Assembly: GCA_043799675.1 (NCBI GenBank)
Contig: JAZDNN010000028.1
Span: 1 to 38,284, forward strand
DNA length: 38,284 bases
Direction: 5' to 3'
Source of the DNA: Candidatus Aenigmatarchaeota archaeon
GTDB lineage: Archaea > Aenigmatarchaeota > Aenigmatarchaeia > Aenigmatarchaeales > JACQIB01
The notes beneath the pieces are model-generated. The model was not told the origin of the DNA, made no database searches, and saw nothing but the letters and a program-made list of their open reading frames with translations. The first letter of the stretch is position 1. Each line of letters opens with the position of its first letter. Both the position numbers and the translations under genes were made by a program. Positions 1 through 9,481 of this stretch are shown here, piece by piece.

Positions 1-237
1 GTCATTGTAACTTACGTAGGCCACAATATACGGGAAGCGCCCGGTATGCGCCCGTGCACCGTAAATCGTCCCGTCATTTACCATGTGCTTATAATAATTG
101 TAGACCGAGGGACTGGCAACGGCAAGCTTTCTCAATGGACAGAAATGCCTGTTCGACATTGTCGCCCCTTCCTTTTTGAGCCGTTCAATTATCCTGCTTC
201 TTGCCAGCTTTCCCGGCATCTTTCCAGGCGTGTCCAT
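1..237 (-). CDS. Hypothetical protein, 3' end runs off the window
   Basis: Manually translated open frame from ATG at 237 (MDTPGKMPGKLARSRIIERLKKEG...) with no stop before the window edge; co-oriented just downstream of ychF. Confidence 0.5.
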   Translation of the reverse strand, partial: MDTPGKMPGKLARSRIIERLKKEGATMSNRHFCPLRKLAVASPSVYNYYKHMVNDGTIYGARAHTGRFPYIVAYVSYND

Positions 238-273
238 GCACAGTGCTGACTGAAAAAGGTTAAATACGGCGAT

Positions 274-1467
274 TCATTTCACCGCGCTGACAATCTCGAT
301 GATGTCCCTGTGCTTGAGCTTGTGGTCCTTGCCGAGCCGCATCTTGGTCCTGGCATCGATGGCGAACAGGAAGTTCTTGGCGAAGTCCTGGTGTATCTTT
401 CCCGCGAAGTCGACGGCGGTGGAGCCCGGGGGGAGCAGGAAGCAATCAGGAAGGATGTTCCCGTCCTTGTCCGCGAGCTTGGTGACCCCGCCCGGGAAGA
501 CGGCGATGTATTTCAGGAATTTGAACACGGCCGTTTCAAGAGTTTCCTGGATGCCCGTGCCGCCAATCTTCTTCATCATGTTCCGTATATACTCAAGGGC
601 GGATTTCTGCTTTTCACTGAGTGCTTCGGGCTTCAGAACCTTGAAATCCGCCGAGCCGGGAAGATAATCTATCAGGCCCTTTTTTGCGGCCTCCTTCAGG
701 GCAATCTCGGAATCGCCCGAGCAGGGGATGAACGTGTAATGGGGGAATTCCTTCTTCAGGCGTTCGTAATTCTCAAAGGAGCACGGCATGTCCATCTTGT
801 TGCAGGCGATGATTATCGGTTTGGTACCCCTGCGCAGCTCGACGGCCAGGCCTTTCAACTGTTCTTTTGGCCAGTCGGCGGGTTTTTCCCTGTCAAGACG
901 GAACTTTGTGATGGAATTCGCCACAAGCTCTTCGGTGACCCTGAAGGCGGAGAGCTGCTTCGCCAACGCCTCTTCTATTCCCAAGCGGTTCGACTGTATC
1001 TGGCGCGCGAACTTTTCCCAGCCCTTTTTCAGTATGCCGAGATACCACATGTCCAGTTCCTCCTCCAGGAAGCGGACATCGTTCGCGGGATCGTAACCGG
1101 TAGTTGCCTCGCCTTTCTCGTTGATGGTCCCCGAAGCGTCGACGATGTGAATCAGGACATCGGCACGGTTCAGGTCGTTCAGGAACTGGTTGCCCAGGCC
1201 CTTCCCTTCATGCGCCCCCGGCACCAGCCCGGCCACGTCCATGAGCTCGACGGGGACAAATCGCGTGCCTTCTTTGCAGAACCCGTAACGCGGGTTGCAC
1301 TGGACGCCGCGCTCGCGGTCAACACATTCCACCCGGACGAAGCCTATCCCGCGGTTGGGCTTGATGGTGGTGAACGGATAGGACGCTATCGCGACATCGA
1401 TGGAAGTGGCAGCCTTGAAGAAAGTGGACTTGCCGCAGGAGGGCTTCCCAACTATTCCTATGAGCAT
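274..1467 (-). CDS. ychF: YchF/Obg-family translation-associated NTPase with C-terminal TGS domain
   Basis: GKPSCGKST P-loop, YPFTTIKPN switch I, DVAGLVPGAHEGKGLGNQFL, NKMD, TGS-like C-terminus. Confidence 0.95.
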   Translation of the reverse strand: MLIGIVGKPSCGKSTFFKAATSIDVAIASYPFTTIKPNRGIGFVRVECVDRERGVQCNPRYGFCKEGTRFVPVELMDVAGLVPGAHEGKGLGNQFLNDLNRADVLIHIVDASGTINEKGEATTGYDPANDVRFLEEELDMWYLGILKKGWEKFARQIQSNRLGIEEALAKQLSAFRVTEELVANSITKFRLDREKPADWPKEQLKGLAVELRRGTKPIIIACNKMDMPCSFENYERLKKEFPHYTFIPCSGDSEIALKEAAKKGLIDYLPGSADFKVLKPEALSEKQKSALEYIRNMMKKIGGTGIQETLETAVFKFLKYIAVFPGGVTKLADKDGNILPDCFLLPPGSTAVDFAGKIHQDFAKNFLFAIDARTKMRLGKDHKLKHRDIIEIVSAVK

Positions 1468-1734
1468 TCACTTCACCCGTTTCTTCAGTTTCGTCAGCGT
1501 ATAGGCAATCTCGAACGCGACCACGGCGAGTATGGAGGCGTTTATGACCAAAAACACCGGGTCATGCACGAACCATGAGTAAAGGATGAGGGAACCGTTG
1601 CCCAACGCATAAACGGCGGCGAAACGCAGGTCGATGAGTGCCTTGTGCTTCTTGACCCCCTCGTAGGTCTCGAATACCCATGCGCCCAATATGAATATCG
1701 CACCGAGCACGCCTACTATTATTTCAGGTCCCAT
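1468..1734 (-). CDS. Small 3-TM membrane protein (PQ-loop/SemiSWEET-like size and topology)
   Basis: 88 aa, three hydrophobic segments, DPVFLVIN motif; abuts the ychF start. Confidence 0.7.
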   Translation of the reverse strand: MGPEIIVGVLGAIFILGAWVFETYEGVKKHKALIDLRFAAVYALGNGSLILYSWFVHDPVFLVINASILAVVAFEIAYTLTKLKKRVK

Positions 1735-1796
1735 CCAATCACCAGCATACTTACCTTTGCGGAACGCTTAAATTGATGCTGGGTGATATATTAGGC

Positions 1797-2297
1797 ATGC
1801 GCGCCCCGCTTTGCGAAGTGTGTTTGAATTCGGACATCCTGTGCCAGGGCTGCGCCGGCAAGCTGGAACGCGGGGAACTCTCCAAGGCCGATGTCGATGT
1901 GAGCAGGTTCGTATGGGGAATGAGCGAAAAGCTGCACAGCCTGAAGGAGGCGTCGATAAAGAAGGTCATTGACAGCGATGTCCTTCTTCTGGTCGCCGCC
2001 AAGGGGGACGGTGCGAAGCTGGTAGGCAAGGGAGGGGCGGTCGTAAAAGCACTGGCAAAGCAATGGGGAAAATCCATCAGAGTCCTTGAGGAGAAGGATT
2101 TCAAGCCGTTCGTGGCGGAGCTCCTGCATCCGCTGACGGTGACCGGAATCAACACGTTGTACACCCCGGAAGGGGAGATACTCAGGGTGAGGACACCGGT
2201 CGCACAGAAATCGCGGAGCATAATCACGCCCGAAGGCTTCAGCAGCATGGTGCAGAGCCTGTACGGTCACAAGGCGGAGCTGCTTTTCGAGGATTAG
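1797..2297 (+). CDS. Archaeal NusA-like KH-domain protein with N-terminal Zn-binding motif
   Basis: CEVC...LCQGC then KH signature LVGKGGAVVKAL; GGTGAT RBS-like sequence before ATG 1797. Confidence 0.85.
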   Translation: MRAPLCEVCLNSDILCQGCAGKLERGELSKADVDVSRFVWGMSEKLHSLKEASIKKVIDSDVLLLVAAKGDGAKLVGKGGAVVKALAKQWGKSIRVLEEKDFKPFVAELLHPLTVTGINTLYTPEGEILRVRTPVAQKSRSIITPEGFSSMVQSLYGHKAELLFED

Positions 2298-2842
2298 AAT
2301 TCCAGTCTTATCGTCCTGACGACCTTTTCCACGAACCTGTTATCAGCCTTCCATTTCACTACCAGCCAGCCGACGGCAGCACCGATCATGGCACCCATCA
2401 ACACGTCGACGGGAAAATGCACACCCAGATAGATGCGGGACAGCATCACCAGCGAAGCCAGGACGGCCAGCGGAATTTTCCGGCGCGGATAGTAACAACC
2501 GAGAACCACAGCACCCATCGTGGCCAGGGCGGAGTGCCCGGACGGGAAGCTCGGATCGTTTTCCAGCGGACCGTAAACCAGGGAGCTGACCCCCGGCAGG
2601 GCATCGAACGGCCGCGCAACCATCATGTCCCATTTGAGTGCCTGGACAAACAGGACCACGAAAAGGCTCGCGACCAGGAGGTCGACGGCGGGTTTCTTCC
2701 TTTGTTTGAGTACGAGCACAAACCCCACGGCCGCCCAGAAGAAGACGTTACCGGCCCATGTTATCAGATTGAAGAACAGGTTTGCCGCTTCGCTGTTGAA
2801 AGCGTTGTATATTGCAAAGAACAGGGCGATGTTCGGGTCCAT
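2294..2842 (-). CDS. PAP2-family membrane phosphatase
   Basis: K..RP, PSFPSGHS, SRIYLGVHFPVDV motifs; several TM helices. Confidence 0.93.
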   Translation of the reverse strand: MDPNIALFFAIYNAFNSEAANLFFNLITWAGNVFFWAAVGFVLVLKQRKKPAVDLLVASLFVVLFVQALKWDMMVARPFDALPGVSSLVYGPLENDPSFPSGHSALATMGAVVLGCYYPRRKIPLAVLASLVMLSRIYLGVHFPVDVLMGAMIGAAVGWLVVKWKADNRFVEKVVRTIRLEF

Positions 2843-2884
2843 GAATAGACATGCATTTTAGTATTTTAAAGCACCAAGCCTGAC

Positions 2885-3469
2885 ATGCCGCACCACTATT
2901 ACAAGGAAATCGTGCTGGAGCTCAGGCAGGATGTTTACGAGCCCCGCGAGGACTCGGAACTGCTGGCAGAGGCGGTCGAGCAGGAAGTCGGAAAAAGGAA
3001 AAACACGTCCTTTCTTGACATGGGATGCGGGACAGGCATAATTGCGATAACGGCTGCAAAGACGGGTGCAAAAGTGACTGCGGTCGATATCAACCAGAAT
3101 GCCGTTGAGCTGACCAGGCAGAACGCGAAAAACAACAAAGCGCATGTCGAATGCCTGAGGTCCGATCTGCTTGAAAGCGTCAGGGGAAAGTTCGAAATAA
3201 TCGCGTTCAATGCGCCCTATTTGCCTGAAGCAGTTGCGAAAGGAAATGAAGCATGGGCCGGAGGACAGGAGCTTGAAGTCATACGGAAGGCGGTTGAACA
3301 GGTCAAAACAAGGCTCATGCCTGAAGGGGTCTTCCTGATTGCGATAAGCAGCCTGACCGGCATGGGCAAGATTGGAAAACTCCTGGAATCGAACGGGTTC
3401 AACTGGCAGATAATCGCAGAACGGAAGGTGCCCTGGGAAACGTTGTTCGTCCTGAGGGCTGTTTTATAA
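2885..3469 (+). CDS. HemK2/MTQ2-like SAM-dependent protein methyltransferase
   Basis: VYEPREDSELL, LDMGCGTG, FNAPY (NPPY-like). Confidence 0.92.
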   Translation: MPHHYYKEIVLELRQDVYEPREDSELLAEAVEQEVGKRKNTSFLDMGCGTGIIAITAAKTGAKVTAVDINQNAVELTRQNAKNNKAHVECLRSDLLESVRGKFEIIAFNAPYLPEAVAKGNEAWAGGQELEVIRKAVEQVKTRLMPEGVFLIAISSLTGMGKIGKLLESNGFNWQIIAERKVPWETLFVLRAVL

Positions 3470-3491
3470 GCCAGCTCCAGAAAAATAGGTC

Positions 3492-5819
3492 ATGCGAGCG
3501 GTGCTGGTTGCGGTCCTTATAGTCCTTATTGCATTGCCGACGCTGGCGGCCGCAAAGGATATCCTGTATGTCACGAAGCAGAGTGCCGCCGGGCTCACGT
3601 GCGCGAGCCTGACAGGGGACGACAAGCTGTTCTGCAACCGGCTCGTGAAACTGAACTATGTCGTGAGCATAGCGACCGACTCGGACGTGCGGGACGACAG
3701 CCAGCTTTGGAAGATAATGCTGGAACGGTCCGACATGATATTCCTCGGGGACGTCAGCGCCAGGATGGTCAACACGAGCCTGGGCGACCGTGATGCGTTC
3801 TGCGGCAGTCTGGCCGGCAGCGGCAAGAAAGTATTCGCCACGTTCCTCAACTCAAAGAAGAAAGGGGACATAGAGGGCTGCGCGTTCAGCCCGCTGAACA
3901 TCGCAATTTTCACAGGCAGCAGCAACAACTGCACCGACAATAAGCTGTTCGTGCTTGAAAGCAACTACATAACCAAGGGTCTGGCCGTGGCGTCACCGGT
4001 CGTGGTCTACACCAAGAACAACGAGCTGAAGGTGTCCGGCGGGACGGGCAATGCCGCCGTCAACTGCAACCCGTCAGGTTTGGGGACGGACTTCTATTCC
4101 GCGATAGAGGTCAACGGCAAGGGCGTGTTCTGGGGACTGGACAGCCCCGGCAACTTCACGGATGCGGCATGGAGGCTGTTTGACCGGACAGTGCTTTTCG
4201 CCAACGGGGACAACGGTTGGAACGTGACCGCTTTTTTCATACCGCAGAAGGCGACGGTAAACGGGTCGGTGATGGTGTTTGCACGGGTAAGCAACGTCAG
4301 CGGTCCGGTGACGACCGGGACCGTCAAGGCGTTCATCGGGGAGACCGAGCTCGGCAACCTTTCATACAGCAACGGCACGGGATGGTGGGAGAACCGACGG
4401 CTCATCCTTCCCAATGGCGGGGACCTGCAGGTCCGGGCCGAGGACGGGGATGCGACATCGGGCATAGAGGCGGGATCGATGGAGATAAGCATAATTTCCG
4501 GAAATTATCAGCCGCCCAATTACACCGTCTCTGCACGGCCCCTGCTGAACGGGCAGGTCATAGCCGCCAACCTGAATTACCGCATATGGAATACGAACCT
4601 CACTGTCCTGAAAGAAGGCAGTCTTGAGTGCGGGGCGGATTTCTGCACCGCCACCACCGAACTGCAGGCTTCCGGCCAGTTGATTCTGGAAGTGTACGGG
4701 GCATCCGATACTCACACGGGCGGCTCGTTCAAACTGATTAACAAACAAGGGACCGCGGCCGGCGCAAGGGCCGAGCCTTCCCAATGGATAGTCACCGCGA
4801 CCTCGCCCGGAAGCGAGAGACGGACGTTCAACATCGTGGCCGATTCCAACCTGACCGGCATGGCGCTGCTTCCCGGAGGAGGACTGGCGGCAAGCATTGT
4901 GAATTTCTCCTCGATACCGGCGACCCTGACCGTCGGTTCCAGTACGAGCTTCAGTGCGATGCTGGACTGGAATGCGCTCGTGGAGGGGGAATATTCGGGC
5001 AGCATAATACTTGTCAACGACCAGAAGGTCCTGACCATACCGGTGACGCTCTACAGGTACAACATAATCGGCGATTACCTGGGCTCGAAACAGAAGTCGC
5101 TCAGCCTGAACGTGCCGGCGGGTGGAAAAGGGACGACCGTGCTAACCCTTACGGATTCCGCCGGGGTGCCGGCTACAAGTTTCTTCATCAGTGCGGATAC
5201 GCCCGAGCTGGCGCGTGCGGTCAGCATTTCAAACGACCTGATGGCGGTCCCGGCCGGGGGCCAGGCGGACCTGACCATAAAGGTGGATGCCGGCAGCCTG
5301 GGCGAGGGCAGCTTCAGCGGAAATCTGATAGTCTGGAGCAGCCTGGGCAACGAGACGGTCCCGATATCGGTGCGCGTCGGGCAGGACATAAGCGCGTTGC
5401 TGCGTTCCCTGAACAGCGATTACACGGAACTCATTGAGGGAAGAAAGCTGTCTTCCGACCAGCAGAGCCTTTCCAATAGCGTGAACAGCAGCCTTTCTGC
5501 GGCAAACACGGCAATCGCAGGAGGCGACTATTCCGCGGCAATGTCCGCATACAGGAGCGCAAATTCGACCTACTTCAGCCTCAAAGACAACATTGCCGCC
5601 CAGTCCGCTGGCGGCGATTATACAGTGATAATAATCGCGGTCTTAATCCTGGTGCTAATCGGCGGCGGCATCGCCTATCTTTACCTGACCGGCAAGCTCC
5701 CCTTCCTGAAGAAAAAGAAGACCGAGGCGGAAGAAGAGCAGCAGAAGGAAGAGGAGCAGGCGGAAATGCCCGGTGAGGAGAACGAGACCGACGAGAAGTA
5801 CCGGTTCGAATATTACTGA
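3492..5819 (+). CDS. Large secreted, C-terminally membrane-anchored surface glycoprotein
   Basis: Signal peptide, beta-rich Ig-like segments, many N-x-S/T sequons, helical stalk, TM helix, KKKK and acidic tail. Confidence 0.85.
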   Translation: MRAVLVAVLIVLIALPTLAAAKDILYVTKQSAAGLTCASLTGDDKLFCNRLVKLNYVVSIATDSDVRDDSQLWKIMLERSDMIFLGDVSARMVNTSLGDRDAFCGSLAGSGKKVFATFLNSKKKGDIEGCAFSPLNIAIFTGSSNNCTDNKLFVLESNYITKGLAVASPVVVYTKNNELKVSGGTGNAAVNCNPSGLGTDFYSAIEVNGKGVFWGLDSPGNFTDAAWRLFDRTVLFANGDNGWNVTAFFIPQKATVNGSVMVFARVSNVSGPVTTGTVKAFIGETELGNLSYSNGTGWWENRRLILPNGGDLQVRAEDGDATSGIEAGSMEISIISGNYQPPNYTVSARPLLNGQVIAANLNYRIWNTNLTVLKEGSLECGADFCTATTELQASGQLILEVYGASDTHTGGSFKLINKQGTAAGARAEPSQWIVTATSPGSERRTFNIVADSNLTGMALLPGGGLAASIVNFSSIPATLTVGSSTSFSAMLDWNALVEGEYSGSIILVNDQKVLTIPVTLYRYNIIGDYLGSKQKSLSLNVPAGGKGTTVLTLTDSAGVPATSFFISADTPELARAVSISNDLMAVPAGGQADLTIKVDAGSLGEGSFSGNLIVWSSLGNETVPISVRVGQDISALLRSLNSDYTELIEGRKLSSDQQSLSNSVNSSLSAANTAIAGGDYSAAMSAYRSANSTYFSLKDNIAAQSAGGDYTVIIIAVLILVLIGGGIAYLYLTGKLPFLKKKKTEAEEEQQKEEEQAEMPGEENETDEKYRFEYY

Positions 5820-5870
5820 GCTTTAAGAGAACCTAGGTTCCCCTTTGGGTTCATTTCTCCTAAATCGGTT

Positions 5871-6362
5871 TCACCATCCTTTCGGCATAGAACAAATCTG
5901 CCCGTTTTCGTTCCTGATCAGCGGGTTTTCCTCCGGAAAGAAATTATCTATCACGAATTTTTTGGCAACCTCATATCCGCCGTCAAAATACAACGCCCCG
6001 ACGAGGGCCTCCACGGAATCGGCAAGATGGGGATTGAATGTCGGAAAATGAAGCAGGTACTCGTCCAGCCTCTTCACGCGGGCGGTATAGTCCATGTACT
6101 TGTTGGATATGATATCCGATACGTTGTTCCCTATGTCGCTGCCGCGCATATCCGGAAACCTGTCATGATATTCCTCAGCCATGGCCAGAGTGTAAACCCT
6201 GTCGCCTATCTGTTCGAAGCGGCGAAACCGTTTATGGTCCTCATCAGACCAGGGAAAGCAGACGCTGGTAATGAATTCCACGTTTTTGAACTCGTAACCT
6301 ATCTTCTGCTGCAGGCACCCTGTCACGCCTGCCATTTCCCACTCTTTCTCGTAATCCGGCAT
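5871..6362 (-). CDS. Stand-alone RNase III catalytic-domain protein (no dsRBD)
   Basis: RRFEQIGDRV resembles ERLEFLGD; LADSVEALVGALYFDGGY; LQQKIGYEFKN; start chosen at ATG 6362. Confidence 0.85.
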   Translation of the reverse strand: MPDYEKEWEMAGVTGCLQQKIGYEFKNVEFITSVCFPWSDEDHKRFRRFEQIGDRVYTLAMAEEYHDRFPDMRGSDIGNNVSDIISNKYMDYTARVKRLDEYLLHFPTFNPHLADSVEALVGALYFDGGYEVAKKFVIDNFFPEENPLIRNENGQICSMPKGW

Positions 6363-6387
6363 GCGAGATACTGGACGGGAAAAGGAT

Positions 6388-6630
6388 TTATGCCACGTGC
6401 CCGTTTTCCCTCTTCTCAAATTCCGTTGCACGTTTATAGATGTCCTCAAAGACCTCTTCGGAGCTCTCCCCCTCGGACTGGAACGCCCTTCCCTTGTCCC
6501 TGCTCAGCACCACGCAATAGGTGCGGCGCTTGCCGCCGAGGGTGTAATGGTTCATGGCGACTATCCCGTAGCCCTTTTTCCATACCTCTTTCTCGAACTC
6601 CTCGAATTTCATGACGACTGATGGCGCCAT
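6388..6630 (-). CDS. Small hypothetical protein
   Basis: 80-aa ORF with protein-like composition between two co-oriented genes; start may be 6612. Confidence 0.65.
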   Translation of the reverse strand: MAPSVVMKFEEFEKEVWKKGYGIVAMNHYTLGGKRRTYCVVLSRDKGRAFQSEGESSEEVFEDIYKRATEFEKRENGHVA

Positions 6631-7268
6631 ATGCTAATAACCTTTTGTTTTCTCTTTATGATGTCTATCAGCCTTTCCACCGTCCTTTTGTCGTCCTTCG
6701 GATGGTGGGCGTCAGGGTAGATGTCCGCTCCCCTCACGTTCTTGTTCTCCATTATCCACCCGACCGTGTCGCAAACGAAGCCGTCGGTGGCCCAGACGTC
6801 AAGGTCGACGCTAAGATATACCTTGTCAGTTCCCCTCAGAAACTGCCTGAGCACGCCCTTGTGCAGCTTCCCGTCCGGCCTGCTGAGGTGCTCGACTTCC
6901 TTGAAGCGGGCCCTGTCCCTGTATGCTCTGTTATTGTTGCACCAAGAGGAGTACCTGCCTATGACACGGACATCTTTCACCTTTGAGGCGCCGGGGATGA
7001 AGCGCACGAAAGAGGCGCATGTTATCATGTCATTCGCGCTGCTGTCCGTGTCGTCCGGATGGGCATCGATGTGGACGTAGCCGGTCGCGTCGGTGCGCGC
7101 CACCAGTCCCAACGTCCAGTGGTGCAGGTAGTTGTGCTTTCCCAGGGTCAGGACCCTGTGGCCGTCCGACTCCGGCATTATCCTATCAAGATAGGCGGAG
7201 AGGTCGCCGACATCAGAGAAGTCGCTCCTGCAGTAGGCCCTGAGATCCGCTACCATCCACTTTGACAT
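6609..7268 (-). CDS. Arginase/ureohydrolase-fold protein, divergent and short
   Basis: YVHIDAHPD and YLSVDLDV metal-ligand motifs; upstream LG...HH. Confidence 0.8.
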   Translation of the reverse strand: MSKWMVADLRAYCRSDFSDVGDLSAYLDRIMPESDGHRVLTLGKHNYLHHWTLGLVARTDATGYVHIDAHPDDTDSSANDMITCASFVRFIPGASKVKDVRVIGRYSSWCNNNRAYRDRARFKEVEHLSRPDGKLHKGVLRQFLRGTDKVYLSVDLDVWATDGFVCDTVGWIMENKNVRGADIYPDAHHPKDDKRTVERLIDIIKRKQKVISIWRHQSS

Positions 7269-7382
7269 GGGATGCGCATGGGTGCAAAAGGATAAGAACA
7301 CTGCGGCGATATTTCTGCTTATGAGTAAGACACATGTGATATTAAGACTGGCTTACTCACATGAAAACAGGAGGTTTTCATA

Positions 7383-8213
7383 GTGCCCATCAACGCGACG
7401 CCGGAATATGCCCTGGCGCACCGAAAGTATCTGGAAGCGAAGACAAAGGGCGAGAAGATTGCCGCGCTCGAAGAGATGATAAAGCAGGCTCCGAAGCACA
7501 AGGGAGCTGCCAACCTTTTGATGCAGCTGAAGCAGAGGTTGGCGAAGTTCAAGAGCCAGAAGGAGACGAAGGCGGGGAGAGGAAGCTTTTCGCTGCCGAA
7601 AGAGGGGGATGCGCAGATATGCCTCATCGGTTTGAGTCAGTGCGGCAAGAGCACCCTGCTGTCGAAACTGACCAACGCCAGACCCGAGATATCCGACCGG
7701 CAATTCACCACAACGGTGCCGCAGGTCGGGGTGGCGGAGTGGAAGGGAGTCAAGCTGCAGCTGGTTGAGATTCCAAGCACCTTCCAGCCGGTGTACATGA
7801 ACGTTGCGCAGAATTCGGACGGCATACTGTTCGTGTTTGACAGCGGGAAGGACCCGAATGAGCAGCTCGGTAAGTTCAAGGAACTGAGGGAAAGGTTCAG
7901 ACTCGAGGCCATCCCGAGGGCCAGCGTGTGGGGGAAGAAGGAACCGGTCCCTGACAAGATATTCGGCGACGTCTGGAGCAAGCTGGGCCTGATACGGATA
8001 TACACGAAGGAGCCCGGGAAGGAGCCCGAGACAAGGGCGATGGTGATGGAGGCGGGAGCGACAGTGGAGGAGGCCGCCGGCCGCGTGCACAAGGAATTCA
8101 TCAAGTTCTTCAAGTACGCGCGAATCTGGGGAAAATCAATCAAGCATGAGGGGGAAAGGGTGGGTCCGAACCACCTGCTTGAGGACGGGGACGTGCTGGA
8201 GATACACGCCTAG
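7383..8213 (+). CDS. DRG/Rbg1-like GTPase with TGS domain, reduced
   Basis: PKHKGA N-terminal motif, GLSQCGKST, FTTTVP, LIRIYTK, ARIWGKS..LEDGDVLEIH; AGGAGG before GTG. Confidence 0.9.
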   Translation: MPINATPEYALAHRKYLEAKTKGEKIAALEEMIKQAPKHKGAANLLMQLKQRLAKFKSQKETKAGRGSFSLPKEGDAQICLIGLSQCGKSTLLSKLTNARPEISDRQFTTTVPQVGVAEWKGVKLQLVEIPSTFQPVYMNVAQNSDGILFVFDSGKDPNEQLGKFKELRERFRLEAIPRASVWGKKEPVPDKIFGDVWSKLGLIRIYTKEPGKEPETRAMVMEAGATVEEAAGRVHKEFIKFFKYARIWGKSIKHEGERVGPNHLLEDGDVLEIHA

Positions 8214-8286
8214 CGTTTTCCTCGTCATGTCCCTTGCGACGGAGCAATATAATAGCCATAAATATCACCTCCACGTTAATTCGGGC

Positions 8287-8673
8287 ATGGCAGCATCGCG
8301 TTACGTGAGCTATGCAAGGGCTCCCGAAGGGGCTACGGACGACTGGTACCGCAATGTGGAGAAGGCCAAGGAAAAGGCCCGCAGGTTCAATAATATGATA
8401 ATGGGGATCGATCAGAAGTCGAGCGTCATCGTGGGAATAGTCACGGCGGTGGATATCGACAGGTTATGGCAGTTCAAGTATCCTTATTGCAAGGTCAGCA
8501 TGGTGAAGGCGGTCAGATTCGCCCCGAACGGGTTCACAGAAGCCAATCTCGGGGATACCGGCGTGTTCTGGCTGAACAACCCGGATAATGTACTTCCGTT
8601 GGACGAGCTCGTCAAGAAGTACCCGAGGGTGCATGCGGAAGTGCAGATGAGGATCAAGGGCGGCGGCTGGTAA
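8287..8673 (+). CDS. Hypothetical protein
   Basis: 128-aa ORF from ATG 8287 with host-like codon usage. Confidence 0.7.
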   Translation: MAASRYVSYARAPEGATDDWYRNVEKAKEKARRFNNMIMGIDQKSSVIVGIVTAVDIDRLWQFKYPYCKVSMVKAVRFAPNGFTEANLGDTGVFWLNNPDNVLPLDELVKKYPRVHAEVQMRIKGGGW

Positions 8674-8759
8674 TACCCTTTTGTTCGCACTTCACATCAG
8701 TGCTCCAAAATGTTAATCAAAACCGACTGCCGTGCAAAACCAAAAGCAAGAGGATGTTT

Positions 8760-8975
8760 ATGGCTCTAAGAACGACCAGAATGAAGGAAGAAGACCCGAA
8801 AATCTGCCCGAAATGCATGCATGAACTGATAACGATTGAAGGCAGGCTGACCAAGTGGCTGACCTGCCAGAACTGCAAGTGGAAGAAGCTGGTCGGGAAG
8901 GAGAATGTCAGCATGATACAGGTCACGCCGATGGGCGGGGAGAAAGGGGATGTTCTGAATGAGCATCGTTCTTGA
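8760..8975 (+). CDS. Small Zn-ribbon protein
   Basis: CPKC...CQNC; start uncertain (8760 or 8781). Confidence 0.7.
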   Translation: MALRTTRMKEEDPKICPKCMHELITIEGRLTKWLTCQNCKWKKLVGKENVSMIQVTPMGGEKGDVLNEHRS

Positions 8976-9123
8976 ATCCGTCCTGGGATTTTTCCTGGCC
9001 TTTTTTATTTCCGTGGTTGTTGCCGCATCGGTATTTCAGATGACAGACGTTCCGAGCATGATATTCTGGGGCGTGATAACCGGGATTATTGCGTTCTTCC
9101 TGCTGTTTTTGAGAATGCTATAA
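8959..9123 (+). CDS. Small 2-TM membrane protein (54 aa; not in ORF track)
   Basis: MSIVLESVLGFFLAFFISVVVAASVFQMTDVPSMIFWGVITGIIAFFLLFLRML; purine-rich RBS-like sequence; overlaps the upstream stop. Confidence 0.65.
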   Translation: MSIVLESVLGFFLAFFISVVVAASVFQMTDVPSMIFWGVITGIIAFFLLFLRML

Positions 9124-9154
9124 GTCGCTTGTTGCAACGGGTTCAAGCGGAAAT

Positions 9155-9457
9155 CTACTGGTCAAAACCGATAGGGTCCAATCTTTCCGCTTCCCTTTCG
9201 CCTTTCATGTAAAGACGCATGCAATCACTGCAGCGTTCTTTCAGCTCGGGCTTGTCAGCCGCATAAAGGCCGAGAAGGGCCAGGACGACACTGCGGTACG
9301 TGCGCTTGGTTTCGATTTTCTGTTTATTGAAATGGGCCGCAGTTGAGCCGGCCGCGTAATAGCAGCCGTCCAGACAAATGCCCCTGATGACGCCCATCCT
9401 ATCGACACCAGGGGATTTCCTATCTATCATGTGCTCTTGCATGCGAACCTGTAGCAA
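9155..9457 (-). CDS. Hypothetical protein with two Cys pairs
   Basis: CLDGC and CSDC; co-oriented downstream of the HD gene; start uncertain. Confidence 0.55.
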   Translation of the reverse strand: MLQVRMQEHMIDRKSPGVDRMGVIRGICLDGCYYAAGSTAAHFNKQKIETKRTYRSVVLALLGLYAADKPELKERCSDCMRLYMKGEREAERLDPIGFDQ

Positions 9458-9481
9458 GAAAAAGGATTTAAACGCACGTTG

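Noticed and set aside
310..1578. Long antisense or alternate-frame ORFs (e.g. 310-1578, 17317-18414, 23270-24304, 27847-28872, 32594-33733, 35651-36559)
   Set aside because: Shadows of well-supported genes with G/C-rich third positions; no motifs
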